DNA of 64,000 nucleotides from Podospora anserina (Eukaryota): NCBI GenBank assembly GCA_017654855.1, contig CM030335.1, positions 3,410,001 to 3,474,000 of the forward strand, read 5' to 3'. Shown piece by piece: positions 61,387 to 64,000 of this stretch (position 1 is its first letter; each line of letters starts with the position of its first letter). The notes under the pieces were generated by a model. It saw only the letters and a program-made list of their open reading frames with translations, ran no database searches and was not told where the DNA came from. The position numbers and the translations under genes were made by a program.

Positions 61387-62145
61387 ATGAAGGCCTCTTG
61401 GTTGTTGTCTTTCGTTGGGCTGTCGCTTCTCGCACGCAGAGTGAGATGCACCGACTACCCTCTACTTCCATACGACCCAGAAACCACCTCTGACTGTGCC
61501 GACTGGTTCAACAATGACGATGGCCGGTCTTGCAAGTGGGTGCGCGACTACTTCGAGGCTACTCCAGAGGAGTTCAGTCGTTGGAATCCATCTGTCGGCC
61601 TCAACTGCGAGCCGTGGTACGAATGGAATTCGTACTGCGTCATCACATGGACCAAGATCAACAGCACCCTGCCGGCTACGAGCAAAACCACAACTACGAG
61701 CAGCTCGACCACCACCGCGCCCATTCTAGGGCCCTCGCCGACAGCCTGGACTGACATGGGCTGCTATGTCGAGGACCCAGAGCTTCCCATTCTTGACGTC
61801 AACTTCAACCCCAACGGAGACTCGTCTCTGAGCGTTCCCAAGTGCTGGCAGACGTGCTATCGCCGTTTTTACGATTATGCCGGCGTTCAAAACGGTAACC
61901 AGTGCTGGTGCGGCTCCTATGTCGGCGGTGAGTGGGCTGCCAACCAAACCAGCTGCAACTCGCCCTGCACAGGCAATCCCAGTACCTTTTGCGGCGGCCC
62001 TGGATTCATTCGGATCTACAAGGCCGAGCAAAACGTGCCTCCTGTCACCACAACTTCAACCGCCGGCACTGTCAGTTCGACGAGCACATCTACTTCTGGC
62101 GCGAAGCGTAACTTAGATGCTATCAAAAACATGGGTATATTCTAG
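61387..62145 (+). CDS. Secreted LysM + Thr/Ser linker + WSC domain protein
   Basis: Signal MKASWLLSFVGLSLLA; LysM-like CKWVRDYF..TPEEFSRWNPSVGLNC...SYCV; WSC GCYVE...CWQTC...YAGVQNGNQCWCG...CNSPCTGNPSTFCGG. Confidence 0.88.
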   Translation: MKASWLLSFVGLSLLARRVRCTDYPLLPYDPETTSDCADWFNNDDGRSCKWVRDYFEATPEEFSRWNPSVGLNCEPWYEWNSYCVITWTKINSTLPATSKTTTTSSSTTTAPILGPSPTAWTDMGCYVEDPELPILDVNFNPNGDSSLSVPKCWQTCYRRFYDYAGVQNGNQCWCGSYVGGEWAANQTSCNSPCTGNPSTFCGGPGFIRIYKAEQNVPPVTTTSTAGTVSSTSTSTSGAKRNLDAIKNMGIF

Positions 62146-64000
62146 ACGCGAGGTACTCAGTTGATTGATATGGCTTCACGACGGATAATGGCAAAATGTT
62201 GAGGTTAGGGGTGATTTGTCCAGGTACTCTGCTACCATGTACCTTAGGTTTAGATATCTTAGCTAGCTCTTTTCTTGGGTACATAGCAATTCGAAGACCA
62301 AGATTGATATTACCAGGCATCATTTGTGAATCTGCCGCTTTGTGTCATGTTCGCCAGGTTGCTGGAAGACACTCATGGACCGACACAGGGAAAAGTCTCC
62401 ACCCCTTGCCATTGATGTCTCCGGTTTGCGCGCCTATTGTGTCCCTTCACCGTTCTTCCCAACAGCACCTAATGGGACACCGAACATGTCTTGGCACCCG
62501 ACAGGCTCCAACATAGGAAGTCTTTTGGTTATCCTGAACCTCGGTCGTCCGAGCCCTCCATAGACATAGTGTGGCACAGCCGATGGAATATAGCACTATA
62601 CCTTTCCCCCGCCAGTGGAATGTAACATTAGACGTGATGCATTAGGCGGTGCGCTGCGCCACCTGAACATGCGGGACTCGTTTGGTAATCTCGGCCCGCA
62701 ACAAGCAAGTATACACTTCCAAGTTCCAGCCATGTGATTGTAACTTCGGCCGGTATGTTGCCTACCGCTACCCTGGCTATAATTTTCGCCTTGATGGTTG
62801 TTGGGTCAGCGCAACACTGAGGACTAAGCCTCGCCTTCACATACCTTACACTTTATTGATGAGACTCGCTTCGAAGATTGCTACCTTATAGGCCCAAACC
62901 TCCTTGGCACCCTCTTCACAGAATAGTTGGCACCGCAAATAAAGAACCCCATCTTAAACGGTGAACTATGCCTCAAGGTCGAGTGCAAACTCTATTGCGG
63001 AGCACAACAGTGGTATTATAGAAGGCCAGTGCTATAAATACAGAAGGTCACCCACTATTACTCTGTTATACAGCGCTGTAAAGCGCTGGAGCCTATGCAG
63101 ACCCAGAAGTGAGGTACAAGCACCGTGTCACGAGTTTCCGCTGCACCGTGAGCACCAAAGTGCATTACTACTACAAGGCCTTGAGGCTTGTATATGGGAC
63201 CTTAACCTTTCAATATAAATTAAGTAAGGTAATTAACCAAATGATCGAGGATAAAAGATTAATAGAAATTTGAAAAATATTAAATAAATTAATTTTAAAA
63301 AAATGTAAATAACAATTTAAATGACTATCAAAATAATATTTAAAGTTAATCAACAATTATATAATATAGATTCAACCCTTTTTTGAGTGCCAATTATTTT
63401 GTGGTGAGAGTGCTTAGGTCCCTACATCGTGTAAGCTCGACAGCAGAGACGCAAGTCTCATGAATTAATAGCTAGCCAAGAAGCTAGGGTCATCGAATAC
63501 TTTGTGAACGGCCGAGAAAAGCTACGAGGGTGGTACTGTTACTTCACTACAAAGTATCGTACCTATCTACCAGTGTTCCGTCCTGATACAACGATGCTGG
63601 CCCCATGTGAACCTGCATGGGTCTTGTGTCCAACTGCCCAACCTAAATGCAATGCAGGTACGGCTTCGCAAGGATCACACATCCACTGCTACGGTAAACA
63701 GATGTTGGCTTTTGGCGAGGCTCGAGGCCCAGGCAACCACCACGAATATTTTCACGTTCTTGTTGAGTTAACGTTGCAGCGGTCAGGCTGAGCAGGCTTA
63801 CGCTGTAGTTAGTCTCTCGCCAATACAACCATTCCTGTTCCGCCAGCCTATATAGCAAGTCAGATCCCTCTGCAATCTGGACCCGAAGAGTGGTTCACCA
63901 GGCTTACGCTTTAATCCGAGTCCCTCCGGCCGCCATCCATCCATTGCAGATCACCATGTTGTCCTCGACATCCACCCTTGTCCTCCTTGGCGGTCTTTTC

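Noticed and set aside
1-64000. Starship captain (tyrosine recombinase), Spok or HET-domain gene
   Set aside because: No such motifs recognised in any ORF in this window
62196-64000. Short ORFs at the right end
   Set aside because: No recognisable domains or consistent exon structure

Overview
Filamentous ascomycete genomic DNA with spliceosomal introns and heavy RIP (C-to-T) damage in repeats. It is most consistent with a Sordariales species such as Podospora, which is inferred from sequence style and the repeats. From left to right: the 5' end of a cupin-like gene, a NAPE-PLD-type metallo-beta-lactamase, and a tandem triplet of small intron-containing paralogues of unknown family that the ORF track misses. 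Next is an 11.6-kb RIP-degraded nest: a pogo/Fot1-like DNA transposon holding a full-length Ty3/Gypsy element, a second truncated Gypsy, several LTRs and an internal inversion. Then come a single-pass membrane protein, a solo LTR, several transcription-factor, reductase and membrane genes, and two tRNA-Met genes. A decayed accessory block at 37-48 kb holds a NACHT-related/AAA+ divergent pair, a protein with prion-like YGQxQxQG repeats and a dead LysM/GH18 pair. After a GH43 gene and a Zn-finger gene, an intact cluster at 53-62 kb looks like a chromosomal zymocin-like killer-toxin module. It comprises a 3xLysM-CBM18-GH18 chitinase with a hydrophobic C-terminal domain, a divergently transcribed basic Cys-rich secreted protein of unknown function (candidate cargo toxin), a cytoplasmic 2EXR-type protein (candidate antidote) and a secreted LysM-WSC protein. 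Exon boundaries were read by eye and no database searches were run.
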